64,000 bases of DNA from Alphaproteobacteria bacterium (GCA_963555825.3 CAUVXB020000001.1:1120001-1184000); one strand, 5' to 3'. Numbered from the stretch's first letter, positions 51,305 through 62,116 are shown. The notes: generated from the sequence alone by a model not told the origin. Translations and numbers: made by a program.

Positions 51305-51997
51305 CTACCCGTTCCCCGTGACGACGGCGACGAATTCGAAGACCGCCTCGATCGGCGGTCCGATCAGCCAGAGCAACACGTTCGCATCGACGCCCAACTG
51401 CCGGCCGATCAAGGGTAACACGAACAGCAGGCCGATCAGGATCATCATACCGTAGCGCTCGATCCGCGCGAAGTAATTGGCGTAGGGCATCGGCAACAGA
51501 CCGGTCAGCACCCGGCCGCCGTCGAGCGGCGGCAGCGGCAGCATATTGAAGACCGCCAGCACGACGTTGATGAGCACTGCGTTGCGCAGGTTGTCGGCCA
51601 GCCAATCGCCGAGCGAGTCAGAGAAATAGGGCGTCAGGTGAAAGGCGAGCCCGGCGGCGAGCGCCAGCGCGATGTTCGCCCCGGGTCCTGCGGCGGCGAC
51701 CCAGATCATGTCCCGCTTGGGTCGGCGCAGACGACCGAAGTTGACCGGCACCGGCTTGGCGTAGCCGAACAGGAACGGCGCCTGGAGCAGGAGCAGCAGC
51801 CCGGGCAGCACGATCGTGCCGAACCGGTCGACGTGTTTCAGCGGATTGAAGGTGACGCGTCCCAGGCGCCGCGCCGTGTCGTCGCCCAGCCGGTCGGCGA
51901 CCCAACCGTGCGCCGCCTCGTGAAAGGTGATGGCGATGAGCACCGGCAGGACCCAGATCGAGACGGTGTAGAGGATGTCGGCGACATTTTCCGGCAC
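51305..51997 (-). CDS. Site-2 protease family (M50)
   Basis: HEAAH, NMLPLPPLDGG. Confidence 0.92.
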   Translation of the reverse strand: MPENVADILYTVSIWVLPVLIAITFHEAAHGWVADRLGDDTARRLGRVTFNPLKHVDRFGTIVLPGLLLLLQAPFLFGYAKPVPVNFGRLRRPKRDMIWVAAAGPGANIALALAAGLAFHLTPYFSDSLGDWLADNLRNAVLINVVLAVFNMLPLPPLDGGRVLTGLLPMPYANYFARIERYGMMILIGLLFVLPLIGRQLGVDANVLLWLIGPPIEAVFEFVAVVTGNG

Positions 51998-52006
51998 GGC
52001 GGTTTC

Positions 52007-53032
52007 CTACGCGCCCGTCAGCATGGCGTCGAGCCGCGCCGTGAGCGCGACCCGATCGATTGGCGCGACGTCGGCGCGCGGCGGCAGGGCGGCGACGCGG
52101 GCTTGCGCCGCCACGCTCAACGGCGGCGTCACGCCGGCCACGCGGCGCATCTCGCCGAGATCGCCGTTGCAGTGGAGTACGATGTCGCAGCCGGCGGCGA
52201 GCACGGCGGCGGCGCGCGCGTCGATTTCGCCGTCGAGCGCCGCCATCGACAGATCGTCGCACAGCAACAAGCCCTCGAAGCCGATCTCGCCGCGGATGAT
52301 GTCGTCGATGACGCGCGGCGAGAACGTCGCTGCTCGCTCGTCGATCGCCTGGTAGACGACATGCGCGGTCATCGCCCAGGGGGCGTCGACGCAAGCCATG
52401 AACGGCGCGAAGTCGACGGAGCGCAACACCTCGAGTGAGGCCGTGACGACGGGCAGCGCGAAATGCGGGTCGGTGTCGGTGCGGCCATAGCCGGGGATGT
52501 GCTTGATGACCGGCTGGACGCCGCCGTCGCGCAGCCCGGTGCAGGCCGCCTGACCCAACGCGGCGACGATCTCGGGCGATGCGTCGAAGGCGCGCGCGCC
52601 GATCACATCGTCGGCGTCGGGCTGGAGCACGTCGAGTACCGGCACGCAGTCGACGTCGATGCCGAGCTCGGCCAGCTCGGCGGCGATCAGGTGGAAGTTC
52701 AGCCGGGTCGCCGCGCGCGCGGCGTCGAGGTCGCGCCCGGCCAGTTCGCCGAAACGGCGCGCCGCCGGCGCCGCGCGCCAGTGCGGCGGTTTGAGGCGCT
52801 GGACGCGGCCGCCCTCCTGGTCGATCAGCACCGGCGCGTCGGCGCGGCCGACCGTCTCGCGCAAGCCTGTCACCAGTGCCCGCACCTGATCGGGCGTCTC
52901 GCAGTTGCGCGCGAACAGGATGAAGCCGAAAGGCCGCGCCTCGCCGAAGAAGCGCCGTTCGTCATCGGACAAGCTGGCACCGGCGCAACCGAAGATCACC
53001 GCCGCGGGCAGCGCGGCGTCAAGGTTTGACAA
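52007..53032 (-). CDS. nagZ: Beta-N-acetylhexosaminidase
   Basis: DQEGGRVQRL, KHIPGYG..D.H, DDLSM; context. Confidence 0.88.
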   Translation of the reverse strand: MSNLDAALPAAVIFGCAGASLSDDERRFFGEARPFGFILFARNCETPDQVRALVTGLRETVGRADAPVLIDQEGGRVQRLKPPHWRAAPAARRFGELAGRDLDAARAATRLNFHLIAAELAELGIDVDCVPVLDVLQPDADDVIGARAFDASPEIVAALGQAACTGLRDGGVQPVIKHIPGYGRTDTDPHFALPVVTASLEVLRSVDFAPFMACVDAPWAMTAHVVYQAIDERAATFSPRVIDDIIRGEIGFEGLLLCDDLSMAALDGEIDARAAAVLAAGCDIVLHCNGDLGEMRRVAGVTPPLSVAAQARVAALPPRADVAPIDRVALTARLDAMLTGA

Positions 53033-53780
53033 CGAGGCAGTCCAGGTTGCGCGCCTTGAGGCGCTGGCACAGCGCGACGGCCTTCGCGGCGCTCGCCAGC
53101 GGACCCGCGCGCAGACGGTAGAATATGCCCTTGTTGGCCAGGTCGACGCGCACCACTTCGGCCTCCAGCGCGCCCAAGAGATCGCCGTTGGCGCGCTTCA
53201 GGCGGCGCCAGGCGGCCTCGGCGTCGGCACGGCCGCGCAGCGCGGCGAGCTGAACGCGGAAGCCGACGAGCGGCGCCGCCGTCACGGTCGGCGCGGGCGG
53301 CGGTTGGACGACGGGCTTGGGCGCGGGAATGGGCGCCTGTTCCTCGACCGGTACGCTGGGCGCAACGACGACCGGCTCCGGCGTCGGCGCCGTGGGCGCG
53401 GCGGGCGCCGGCTCGACGGGCGTCGGCGGCGCGGCCGGCTCGGGCGGCGGCATGGGCTCTTCGGGCGGCGGCAGCAGGCGCTCGATCTTGTCGAGATTGC
53501 GCTCGTCGCCGAGCGTCTCGTAAACCAGCTTGTCCTGATTGGGGATGACCATGCCGCCGGGCTCGGCCGGGCGGTGTTTGGTCGGGCTGTCGTCGGCCTC
53601 GATCAGCGGCAGCTCGCCGACGGCCGGCGCCGTGGTCTCCTGGTAGACATAGCCGCCCAGTCCGGCGATCGCCGCGACGACGGCAAAACCAGTCACCATC
53701 CTCAGCTGCATGCCGCGCGGCCGGGCCGGGCCGGCCGCTCGACCGTCTCTGGGGTGCTCGGCACTCGACTGCTCACTCAC
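53019..53780 (-). CDS. SPOR domain membrane protein (FtsN-like position)
   Basis: TM segment, Pro-rich linker, RVQLAA..YRLRAGP..C..C. Confidence 0.85.
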   Translation of the reverse strand: MSEQSSAEHPRDGRAAGPARPRGMQLRMVTGFAVVAAIAGLGGYVYQETTAPAVGELPLIEADDSPTKHRPAEPGGMVIPNQDKLVYETLGDERNLDKIERLLPPPEEPMPPPEPAAPPTPVEPAPAAPTAPTPEPVVVAPSVPVEEQAPIPAPKPVVQPPPAPTVTAAPLVGFRVQLAALRGRADAEAAWRRLKRANGDLLGALEAEVVRVDLANKGIFYRLRAGPLASAAKAVALCQRLKARNLDCLVVKP

Positions 53781-55559
53781 CTAACGCATCTCCTCGACCG
53801 GTTCGATGCCGAAGATACCGAGACCCGATGCAATTACTAACCCGGCCGCGCGCACCAGGGCGAGCCGCGCCCGCGTCGACGCAATGTCGCCAGCAACGAT
53901 GAAACGCAGGCTCGGGTCCTCCTTGCCCTTGTTCCACAGGCCGTGAAAAGCGGCTGCGAGGTCGTTGAGAAAAAAAGCCAGGCGATGCGGCTCATGCGCC
54001 TCGGCCGCGGCCTCGATCCGGCGCGGCCAACTCGCGAGCAATCTGATCAATGCAAGTTCGGCCTCGTCGGTCAAGCTAGCCAGATCGGCGTCGGCGAGCG
54101 CCCCGGCCGTGGTATCGAGGTCGGGCAACGCGTCGGCCGCGTTGCGCATGACCGAGCAGACGCGGGCGTGCGCGTATTGGACGTAGAACACCGGGTTGTC
54201 CTTCGACTGCTCGGTGACGCGCGCGAGGTCGAAGTCGAGCGGCGCGTCGTTCTTGCGCGTCAGCATGATGAAGCGCACGACGTCCTTGCCGACCTCGTCG
54301 ACCACCTCGCGCAACGTGACGAAACGACCGGCGCGCTTCGACATCTTGACCGCCTCGCCCTCGCGCAGTAGCCGGACGAGTTGGCACAGTTTGATGTCGA
54401 GCTCGACCTCGCCGTCGCTCAGCGCCGTCACCGCCGCCTTCATGCGCTTGACGTGACCGGCGTGATCGGCGCCCCAGACGTTGATCAGAACCGGGTAGTC
54501 GCGCTCGATCTTGTCGAGGTGGTTGGCGATGTCGCCGGCGAAGTAGGTCCAGCTGTCGTCGGACTTCTTGAGCGGTCGGTCGACGTCGTCGCCGAATTGC
54601 GTCGCGCGAAACAGCGTCTGCTCCCTCGGCTCCCAGTCCTCGGGCGTCCTGCCTTTCGGCGGGTCGAGCGTGCCGGTGTAGATCAGCCCCTTTGCGTCGA
54701 GCGTCGCCAGCGCGTCGTCGAGCTTGCCGGCGGCGACCAAGCCGCGCTCGGAGGTGAAGACTTCCTGGTGGACGCCGAGCGCGGCGAGGTCTTCGCGGAT
54801 GGCGACCATCATCATCTCGATGGCGGTGTCGCGCACGGTCTCGAACCACGCCGCGGCGGGCGCGCCGACCCAGCCGTCGCCCTCGCGCGCTGCGAGCGCC
54901 GCGCCGACCGGCTTCAGATAGTCACCGCGATACTCCCATTCGTGGTCCGGAAACAAGGCCTCAAAGGCGTCCTCGTCGATGTCCTGTCCGAGCGCCTCGA
55001 GATAGCGCAGGTAGGCCGAGCGGGTCAGCTGGTCGATCTGCGCGCCCGCGTCGTTGATGTAGTACTCGCGGACGACGCTGTAGCCCGCCTTCTCGAGCAG
55101 CGCCGAAAGCACATCGCCGAATACCGCGCCGCGCGCGTGGCCGACGTGCAGCGGTCCGGTCGGGTTGACCGAGACATATTCGACGTTGACCACCGTTCCG
55201 CCACCCAGGTCGGACGCGCCGTAATCGAGGCCGGCGCGCAGCACCTCGCCGACGCGCGCGTGCCAGAAGGCGTTGGAGAGACGCAGATTGATGAAGCCCG
55301 GGCCCGCCACGTCGACCGCGGTCACCGCGTCGTCGGCGGCGAGCCGCGCGGCGATCGCCTCGGCGATGTCGCGCGGCTTGCGCTCGGCTTGGCGCGCCAG
55401 CACCAAGGCGGCGTTGGTCGCGAGGTCGCCGTGCGTTGCATCGCGCGGCGGCTCGACCGTGACGGCGCCGGTGTCGAGACCGCCGGGCAAATCGCCGTCG
55501 GCCGCGAGCGCGTCGATCGACGCGACGACCTTGTCCCGAAAGCTGGCGAACAGGTTCAT
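53781..55559 (-). CDS. argS: Arginine-tRNA ligase
   Basis: [27 protein letters not shown]. Confidence 0.97.
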   Translation of the reverse strand: MNLFASFRDKVVASIDALAADGDLPGGLDTGAVTVEPPRDATHGDLATNAALVLARQAERKPRDIAEAIAARLAADDAVTAVDVAGPGFINLRLSNAFWHARVGEVLRAGLDYGASDLGGGTVVNVEYVSVNPTGPLHVGHARGAVFGDVLSALLEKAGYSVVREYYINDAGAQIDQLTRSAYLRYLEALGQDIDEDAFEALFPDHEWEYRGDYLKPVGAALAAREGDGWVGAPAAAWFETVRDTAIEMMMVAIREDLAALGVHQEVFTSERGLVAAGKLDDALATLDAKGLIYTGTLDPPKGRTPEDWEPREQTLFRATQFGDDVDRPLKKSDDSWTYFAGDIANHLDKIERDYPVLINVWGADHAGHVKRMKAAVTALSDGEVELDIKLCQLVRLLREGEAVKMSKRAGRFVTLREVVDEVGKDVVRFIMLTRKNDAPLDFDLARVTEQSKDNPVFYVQYAHARVCSVMRNAADALPDLDTTAGALADADLASLTDEAELALIRLLASWPRRIEAAAEAHEPHRLAFFLNDLAAAFHGLWNKGKEDPSLRFIVAGDIASTRARLALVRAAGLVIASGLGIFGIEPVEEMR

Positions 55560-56743
55560 TGCAGGTTCGGTGAACAGTTGAAGAGTCTTTCGTATTCGAC
55601 GACGGCGTAACGGTCGGTCATGCCGGCGATATAGTCGGCGATCAACCGTGCGACGCGCATCGTGTCGGCCCGATCGAGACGCGCGCGCCAACTCTCGGGC
55701 AAACGCTCGGGTTCCGCAAGTAAAGCGTCGAACAACGCGCGCAGGATGCGCTGCGCCTCGTCGGTGTTGTGCATGCGCCGGTCGTGCCGATACATGCGCG
55801 CGCCGAGGAAGGCCTTCAAGCCCCGGTCGTTGTCGCGCATCGCGGCCGAAAACGCCGCCAGCGGCCGGCCGAGCCCACGCACGTCCTCGGCCGAGGCCGG
55901 CGCCGCGCCGGCGGCGCGACGGCGCGTCTCGGCGACCAAGTCGTCGACCATCGAACCGATCATACGGCGCACCGATTCGTGGATCAGGCGCGCCGCGTCG
56001 ATGCCCGGATGGGCGCGCCGGACCGACGCGAAGATCGGCCCGGCGAGCGGCACGTCGACGAGATCGCCGACCGTGAACATGCCGGCGCGCAGACCATCGT
56101 CGAGATCGTGGTTGTTGTAGGCGATGTCGTCGGCCAGCGCGGCGACCTGCGCCTCGGCGCCGGGATGACTGGCGAGCTCAAGGTCGTGGCCGGCGACGTA
56201 TTCGACGATAGCCGCGGGCAACGGCCGCCCGTCATCGTCGCCGATCAGCGGGCCGTTGTGCTTGACCAATCCCTCGAGCGTCTCCCAGGTCAGGTTCAAT
56301 CCGTCGAAATCGGCGTAGCGCGCCTCGAGCTTTGTCAGAATGCGCAGGGCTTGTGCGTTATGGTCGAAGCCGCCGAAAGCGTCCATCGCGGCATCGAGCG
56401 CCTCTTCGCCGGCGTGGCCGAACGGCGTGTGGCCAAGATCATGGGCCAGTGCCAATGCCTCGGTCAGGTCTTCGTCGAGACCGAGTTCACGGGATATCGA
56501 ACGCGCGATCTGCGCCACCTCGAGACTGTGTGTGAGCCGCGACCGGTAATGATCGCCCTCGTGGTAGACGAACACTTGGGTCTTGTGCATCAGGCGGCGG
56601 AAGGCGGTCGAATGGATGATCCGGTCACGGTCGCGCTGGAACGCGCTGCGCGTCTTGCTCTCGGGTTCCGGGTGCAGCCGGCCGCGGCTTTGGTGGGGTT
56701 TCGAGGCATAGGGCGCGGCGCCGCCGGGGGGCTGGTCAGGCAT
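55556..56743 (-). CDS. dgt: dGTP triphosphohydrolase
   Basis: [27 protein letters not shown]. Confidence 0.93.
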   Translation of the reverse strand: MPDQPPGGAAPYASKPHQSRGRLHPEPESKTRSAFQRDRDRIIHSTAFRRLMHKTQVFVYHEGDHYRSRLTHSLEVAQIARSISRELGLDEDLTEALALAHDLGHTPFGHAGEEALDAAMDAFGGFDHNAQALRILTKLEARYADFDGLNLTWETLEGLVKHNGPLIGDDDGRPLPAAIVEYVAGHDLELASHPGAEAQVAALADDIAYNNHDLDDGLRAGMFTVGDLVDVPLAGPIFASVRRAHPGIDAARLIHESVRRMIGSMVDDLVAETRRRAAGAAPASAEDVRGLGRPLAAFSAAMRDNDRGLKAFLGARMYRHDRRMHNTDEAQRILRALFDALLAEPERLPESWRARLDRADTMRVARLIADYIAGMTDRYAVVEYERLFNCSPNLQ

Positions 56744-56876
56744 GGCGGGAAGCTACAGGCGCGGCGGTGCGCGATCAACGCCGCAAACGGCGCGATTTGA
56801 CAAAATCTCGGAACCGACTAAATAGCGAGGGTGATGGCGCGGCCGCGACGGCCGCCCGAGACCAACGGAGCACGAC

Positions 56877-57215
56877 ATGGGCGACGGCCCGATCACCCTG
56901 ACGGAACGCGCCGCCAAGCGCATCGTCAAGCTGCGCGCGACGTCGGGTACGCCCGAGGCAAAGCTGCGCGTCGCGGTGTCGGGTGGCGGCTGCTCGGGCT
57001 TCCAGTACGGTTTCGAGTTCGACGAAAAGGTCGACGACGGCGACGTCGTGGTCGAGCGCGACGACGCGACGGTCGTCATCGATCCGATCTCGCTGATGTA
57101 TCTCGCCGGCGCCGAGGTCGATTACGTCGAGGATCTGATCGGCGCTTATTTCACGATCAACAACCCCAACGCCACCGCGTCCTGCAGCTGCGGCAACTCC
57201 TTCGCTGTCGGCTGA
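56877..57215 (+). CDS. erpA: Fe-S cluster insertion protein (ErpA/IscA)
   Basis: GGGCSGFQY, CSCGNSF. Confidence 0.9.
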   Translation: MGDGPITLTERAAKRIVKLRATSGTPEAKLRVAVSGGGCSGFQYGFEFDEKVDDGDVVVERDDATVVIDPISLMYLAGAEVDYVEDLIGAYFTINNPNATASCSCGNSFAVG

Positions 57216-57234
57216 CGCCACACCGCGGGCGGCA

Positions 57235-57509
57235 CCCTGCTCCGCCCGTGTCGCCCCGCGTCGTCCCGCGCGACCCCGCCCTGCTCCGTCCGTGTCGTCC
57301 CGCGCGACCCCGCCCTGCTCCGTCCGTGTCGTCCCGCGCGGCCCCGCCCTGCTCCGTCCGTGTCGCCCCGCGCGACCCCGCCCTGCTCCGTCCGTGTCGT
57401 CCCGCGCGGCCCCGCCCTGCTCCGTCCGTGTCGCCCCGCGCGGCCCCGCCCTGCTCCGTCCGTGTCGCCCCGCGCGGCCCCGCCCTGCTCCGTCCGTGTC
57501 GCCCCGCGC
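57235..57509. repeat. 34-bp tandem repeat (about 8 copies)
   Basis: CCCCGCCCTGCTCCGTCCGTGTCGYCCCGCGCGR, period 34 from 57274, one degenerate copy upstream. Confidence 0.92.
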
Positions 57510-57568
57510 CTGGCCGCGCCATATCACTACGCCGCACACGATCTCCCGTCGCTCAACGGAAAATTCGG

Positions 57569-57603
57569 TTGACTGTTGCTAAATTTTTAGTAAAAATATA
57601 GTA
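57569..57603 (+). promoter_or_regulatory. Putative promoter/operator of the PadR gene
   Basis: TTGACT then the AT-rich palindrome ATTTTTA-G-TAAAAAT. Confidence 0.5.
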
Positions 57604-57617
57604 CTGAACCATTCAAC

Positions 57618-58145
57618 ATGGCGTCGGGGGATATCGTGACGCGCATTCTGATCCTTTGGCTGCTGGGCGAGCAGCCGCTGCACGGTTATCGCATCCAGAA
57701 GATATTGGGCGCGCCCCAACTCGCCTTCTGGTTCCGCATCGAGGATGCATCGATCTACTCGATGCTGCGCACCCTGACCAAGCACGGCTTTGCCCGCGCC
57801 GAGGAAGACCCGCAGGACGGCGGCGGCCCGCGGCGTACGATCTACGGCATCACGCCCGCCGGACGGCGCGAGCTGCGCCGTTGCCTGGAAACCGCATGGC
57901 GATCGTTGAGTGCCGGGCGAAGCCCGTTTTCGGCCGCGCTCGCCGCGATCGACGAGTTCGAGGCGCCCGAGATCAACGCACTCATGACCACGCGCAAGGC
58001 GGCGCTCGAAGACCGCCGCACCCGGCTCCTGGCCGTCGAGCGGAGCGCCCCGTCCGGCCTTCTGGCGCGCCGGGAGGCGGCCCTGCTCGACGCCGAGATA
58101 TCATGGATCGCACTCGAGATGGCGCCACGCGACCATCCGTCATAG
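57618..58145 (+). CDS. PadR family transcriptional regulator
   Basis: PLHGYRI, SIYSMLRTL, YGITPAGR. Confidence 0.88.
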   Translation: MASGDIVTRILILWLLGEQPLHGYRIQKILGAPQLAFWFRIEDASIYSMLRTLTKHGFARAEEDPQDGGGPRRTIYGITPAGRRELRRCLETAWRSLSAGRSPFSAALAAIDEFEAPEINALMTTRKAALEDRRTRLLAVERSAPSGLLARREAALLDAEISWIALEMAPRDHPS

Positions 58146-58157
58146 GGAGACATCGCC

Positions 58158-58550
58158 ATGACCGAAACAGACGAAGTCAGCACCCAAGTCATCGCCAACC
58201 TGGTGGTCCGCAACCCGAACGGCGAGGTGCTGTTCGTGCGCTACGATCCCGAGAATGAAAAATGGTGGCTGCCCGGCGGCGACGTCGAGCCCTACAGCCA
58301 CCCCGACGAGGCCGCCGCCAAGATTGTCCAGCAAATCGACGGCGTCGAGGCGAGTGCCTGCGCGCTCAACTACGTCGACTCGTTCCGCGGCCGGCGCGGC
58401 TGGCATCTGGTGTTCAACTACGAGGTCAGCGCCGACGGAACGCCGGGCGGTCCCAACGAGGCCAGATGGTTTGCGCCGGACGACTTGCCGCGCACAATGC
58501 ACGGCAATTGGGAGAAGCAGGTCGTCGCCACGATCCTCGGCATCGAATAA
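58158..58550 (+). CDS. NUDIX-like hydrolase (degenerate Nudix box)
   Basis: WWLPGGDVEP..PDEAA, ARWF..DDLP. Confidence 0.7.
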   Translation: MTETDEVSTQVIANLVVRNPNGEVLFVRYDPENEKWWLPGGDVEPYSHPDEAAAKIVQQIDGVEASACALNYVDSFRGRRGWHLVFNYEVSADGTPGGPNEARWFAPDDLPRTMHGNWEKQVVATILGIE

Positions 58551-58631
58551 CCCTGATCCTTGGTCTAACTCGGCCTTCCCATGGCCCGCGAATTTGGCCA
58601 TAACATCGGGACCGCAACGCGCGAGGCACCG

Positions 58632-59408
58632 ATGAAGATCGCCACCTGGAACGTCAACTCGATCAAGGCGCGATTGCCCGCCGCAATCGAATGGCTGGGC
58701 GAGGCGTCGCCCGACGTCGTTCTCCTGCAGGAGACCAAGACGGTCGACGAAGGCTTCCCCGAGGCCGAGATCGGCGAGCTTGGCTACAATGTCGCGGTCC
58801 ACGGCCAGAAGAGCTACAACGGCGTCGCCATTCTCGCGAAACGGCCTATCGAGGACGTCGCGCGCGGGCTGCCGGGCGACGATGAAGACATCCAGGCGCG
58901 CTACATCGAGGCGGTCGTCGACGGCGTCCGGGTGGCATCGATCTACCTGCCCAACGGCAATCCCGTCGACAGTGAAAAATTCCCCTACAAACTGCGCTGG
59001 ATGGAACGGCTCTGCGACCACACGCGCGGTCTGCTCGAATTTGACGAGGCCTTCGTACTCGGCGGCGACTACAATATCGCGCCGGCCGACGGCGATGTTT
59101 ACGACCCGGACGACTGGGCCGACGACGCACTGTGCCGGCCGGAAAGCCGGGCGCGCTTCCGCGCGATTCTGCACCTCGGTCTTACCGAGGCTTATCGCGC
59201 CCTGCACGGCGCGGCAGGTGCATACAGTTTTTGGGATTATCAAAGCGGCCGCTGGCAGCGCGACCAGGGCCTGCGTATCGATCATTTGCTGTTGTCGCCG
59301 CAGGCGGCCGATCGCTTGGAAGCCTGCGACATCGACCGCGGGCCGCGCGGCAAGCCCAAGGCATCGGACCACACGCCGGTATGGTGCACGCTGCGGCCTG
59401 CCGGCTGA
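58632..59408 (+). CDS. xth: Exodeoxyribonuclease III
   Basis: TWNVNS, LQETK, GDYN, LRIDH, SDHTPV. Confidence 0.95.
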   Translation: MKIATWNVNSIKARLPAAIEWLGEASPDVVLLQETKTVDEGFPEAEIGELGYNVAVHGQKSYNGVAILAKRPIEDVARGLPGDDEDIQARYIEAVVDGVRVASIYLPNGNPVDSEKFPYKLRWMERLCDHTRGLLEFDEAFVLGGDYNIAPADGDVYDPDDWADDALCRPESRARFRAILHLGLTEAYRALHGAAGAYSFWDYQSGRWQRDQGLRIDHLLLSPQAADRLEACDIDRGPRGKPKASDHTPVWCTLRPAG

Positions 59409-59569
59409 TCCCGCCATCCGTTGGGCACGAACCGCTCCGGGGTTCCATCCGGGCACAAAGTCCTTTATATTTGCGGCACTCGCGGTAAACGTTCTAGCCG
59501 TATCGTAGTTTCGCCAACCGGCGCGATCTCGCGCGTGGTCGCGCCTGTTCCCGGAAGATGGGACACGCC

Positions 59570-61717
59570 ATGAAACAGTCGATCATCGCCCTCGCCCTAT
59601 CGATGTTCGCCGTGGGCTGGACGCCGGCCGAGGCCGGAACGAATCAAGCGATTTTGGAAACATTCACCGAAAGTGCGCCGCCGCTTACCAGGGTCGCCCA
59701 GCTCGGGCAAGCGACGATCTACGCGCCGAAACGGATCGATACCGACCAGGAAACAGTCGAATTCACCGGTAAGATCGAGGCGAACGGCGAGATTAGCCTG
59801 ACCGTCAATGGCTCGCCCGTCGGGGTCGGCGTCGATGGCTCGTTTCTCGTTCGCCGCACAGTGCCCGTCGGCCGTAGCAAGCTGCTGCTGATCGCCGAAT
59901 CGTCCCGTGGTGAACGGGTCGAGCACCGCGTGTTCGTCAGGCGCACCGCAGCGGGCGCCGAGGTCGACGAGTTCGGTGACTATTACGCACTGGTCATCGG
60001 CAACAATGATTACGAGCACTTGACCGACCTGCGGATGGCGGTGGTCGACGCCGAAGCGGTGCGCGACATGCTGATCGACAGCTACGGTTTCGAGGTCGAG
60101 TTTCTCGCCAACGCAACCCGTAACGACATCGTTTCGGCCCTGGCGCGCAAACGCGCGCAACTGACCGAGAAGGACAACCTCTTGATCTATTACGCCGGCC
60201 ACGGCAGCCTGGACGTCGGTTCGGACGAGGGCTACTGGCTGCCGGTCGATGCCGAGACCGACAACCCGGTCAACTGGATCTCGAACAACAACATCACCGG
60301 CCAGCTTCGCGCGATGCGCGCCAAGCATGTCATGGTCGTCGCCGACAGCTGCTATTCGGGCAAGCTGACACGCAACGTCCAGGCACAATTGAAGACCGGC
60401 GCCGAGCGTTCGGCGTGGCTCGAACGGATGGCGTCGCGGCGCTCGCGCACGGCGGTTACCTCGGGCGGGCTGGAGCCGGTGCTCGATGCAGGCGGCGGTC
60501 AATATTCGGTCTTCGCCAAGGCGTTCCTCGAGACCCTCCGCGCCAACACCCGGGTGCTCGACGGCCAGTCGCTGTTCGACGCCATCAAGCGGCCGATCGT
60601 CGTCAACGCCGACCAGACGCCCGAATACGCCGACGTACGCAAGGCGGGCCACGACGGCGGCGACTTCATCTTCGTGCCCTTGAAGATCGAGGTCACCCTC
60701 CAGGTCGCCTCGGCCGAGCCGGTGCCAGCGACAACCGGCGTGTCGACGACGAACATCCCGCAGACCTCATCGAACATCGCCGTCGAGCTGGCGTTCTGGC
60801 AATCGATTCAGAGCTCGAACAGCATCGCCGACCACGAGGCCTATCTCCAGCGCTTCCCCAACGGCAACTTCGCGGTCCTCGTTCGCGCGCGGCTCAACGC
60901 CTTAAAGTCACAGCAGGCCGCGACGACGCCTGTGCCGGCGCCGGCAGCACCCAGCATCGACATCGAAATGATCTACTGGCAGTCGATCCAGAGCTCGAAT
61001 AGCATCGCCGACCATGAGGCCTATCTGCAGAAGTTCCCGAACGGAAATTTTGCGCCGCTGGTCCGGGCGCGACTCGAAAACCTCATGGCCGCAGCGGCGC
61101 CGGCCCCCGTACCTGAGCCTGAACCTGAACCCGCACCGTCGAGCGCCAGCGTCGAACTGATCTACTGGCAGTCGGTCAGGGACAGCGATAGCATCGCCGA
61201 GCACGAGGCCTATCTGAGCAAGTTCCCAAATGGCGAGTTCGCCCCGCTGGTGCGCGCGCGGCTCGAGACGCTCCAGGCCGAGCAGGTCGCCGCCATCGCG
61301 CCGCCGCCCGAGCCGAAACCGGCGCCCAAGCCCGAACCGCCGGGCGTCGACGTCGAGTTGGTCTACTGGCAGTCGATCCAGAAGAGCGACAGCATCGCCG
61401 AGCACGAAGCCTATCTGCGCAAATTCCCCAACGGCGAGTTCGCCCCGCTGGTGCGCGCGCGACTCGACGAGCTCAAGGCGGCGGCAAAGCCGCAACCCCT
61501 CCCCGAACCGCAGCCGGCGAGCGAGCCCCAGGGCATCGAGCTGGCGTTCTGGGAATCGGTCAAGAACAGCCGGAGCCTGGCCGATTACCAAGCCTATCTC
61601 GGACAATACCCGACAGGCCATTTCGCGGGCCTCGCGCGCTCGCGCGTCGCGACGCTCCAACAACAGGAAGCCGACATCGTGGCCGCCGCGCTGAAGAGGC
61701 AGCAGGAAGAGGAATGA
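59570..61717 (+). CDS. Secreted caspase-like (C14) peptidase with beta-rich N-domain and five helical repeats; frame continues past TGA to 62116
   Basis: Signal peptide; ALVIGNNDY, YYAGHG, ADSCYSG; ELxYWQSI...YLxKFPNG.FA.LVRARL x5. Confidence 0.88.
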   Translation: MKQSIIALALSMFAVGWTPAEAGTNQAILETFTESAPPLTRVAQLGQATIYAPKRIDTDQETVEFTGKIEANGEISLTVNGSPVGVGVDGSFLVRRTVPVGRSKLLLIAESSRGERVEHRVFVRRTAAGAEVDEFGDYYALVIGNNDYEHLTDLRMAVVDAEAVRDMLIDSYGFEVEFLANATRNDIVSALARKRAQLTEKDNLLIYYAGHGSLDVGSDEGYWLPVDAETDNPVNWISNNNITGQLRAMRAKHVMVVADSCYSGKLTRNVQAQLKTGAERSAWLERMASRRSRTAVTSGGLEPVLDAGGGQYSVFAKAFLETLRANTRVLDGQSLFDAIKRPIVVNADQTPEYADVRKAGHDGGDFIFVPLKIEVTLQVASAEPVPATTGVSTTNIPQTSSNIAVELAFWQSIQSSNSIADHEAYLQRFPNGNFAVLVRARLNALKSQQAATTPVPAPAAPSIDIEMIYWQSIQSSNSIADHEAYLQKFPNGNFAPLVRARLENLMAAAAPAPVPEPEPEPAPSSASVELIYWQSVRDSDSIAEHEAYLSKFPNGEFAPLVRARLETLQAEQVAAIAPPPEPKPAPKPEPPGVDVELVYWQSIQKSDSIAEHEAYLRKFPNGEFAPLVRARLDELKAAAKPQPLPEPQPASEPQGIELAFWESVKNSRSLADYQAYLGQYPTGHFAGLARSRVATLQQQEADIVAAALKRQQEEE

Positions 61718-62116
61718 AAGGCCGCCGCGCTGAAGAAACAGCAGGAAGAGGCGAGGGCGGCGGCCGAGCTGGCGGCGCTTCAGGCCACACCGCAGCCCGC
61801 GCCCAAGCCGGTCATCGACGCGCAAACCTTGTTGAACGACTCGGGATTTTTGAAGTCCCTCACCAAGGCCACCAAATATCAATACAAAATCGAAATTCAG
61901 CGACTCGATTCGGTCGAAGTCAAAAGCAGGTCGGGCAACCAGGCGAGGGTCATCCTGAAGTATCTTTGGATGAACGATAATGACTCCCAACGGGTCGGCC
62001 GTGGCGAGGCGACAGTCAGGTCGATCGGCGGTCGAACCGAAGTCACCGACTTCAAGAGCATCTTTCCGACGCCGAGCCAGCTTCTCAGGGCCGATGCGGG
62101 GGCGTCGGGCATCTAG
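61718..62116 (+). other. In-frame continuation of the caspase gene beyond TGA 61715-61717
   Basis: KAAALKKQQEEARAAAELAAL...KSIFPTPSQLLRADAGASGI* in the same frame, with no stop. Confidence 0.7.

Noticed and set aside
57235-57509. CRISPR array or repeat-protein ORFs (56775-57601)
   Set aside because: No spacers; the 34-bp period is not a multiple of 3, and the ORFs are artefacts of a stop-free GC-rich repeat
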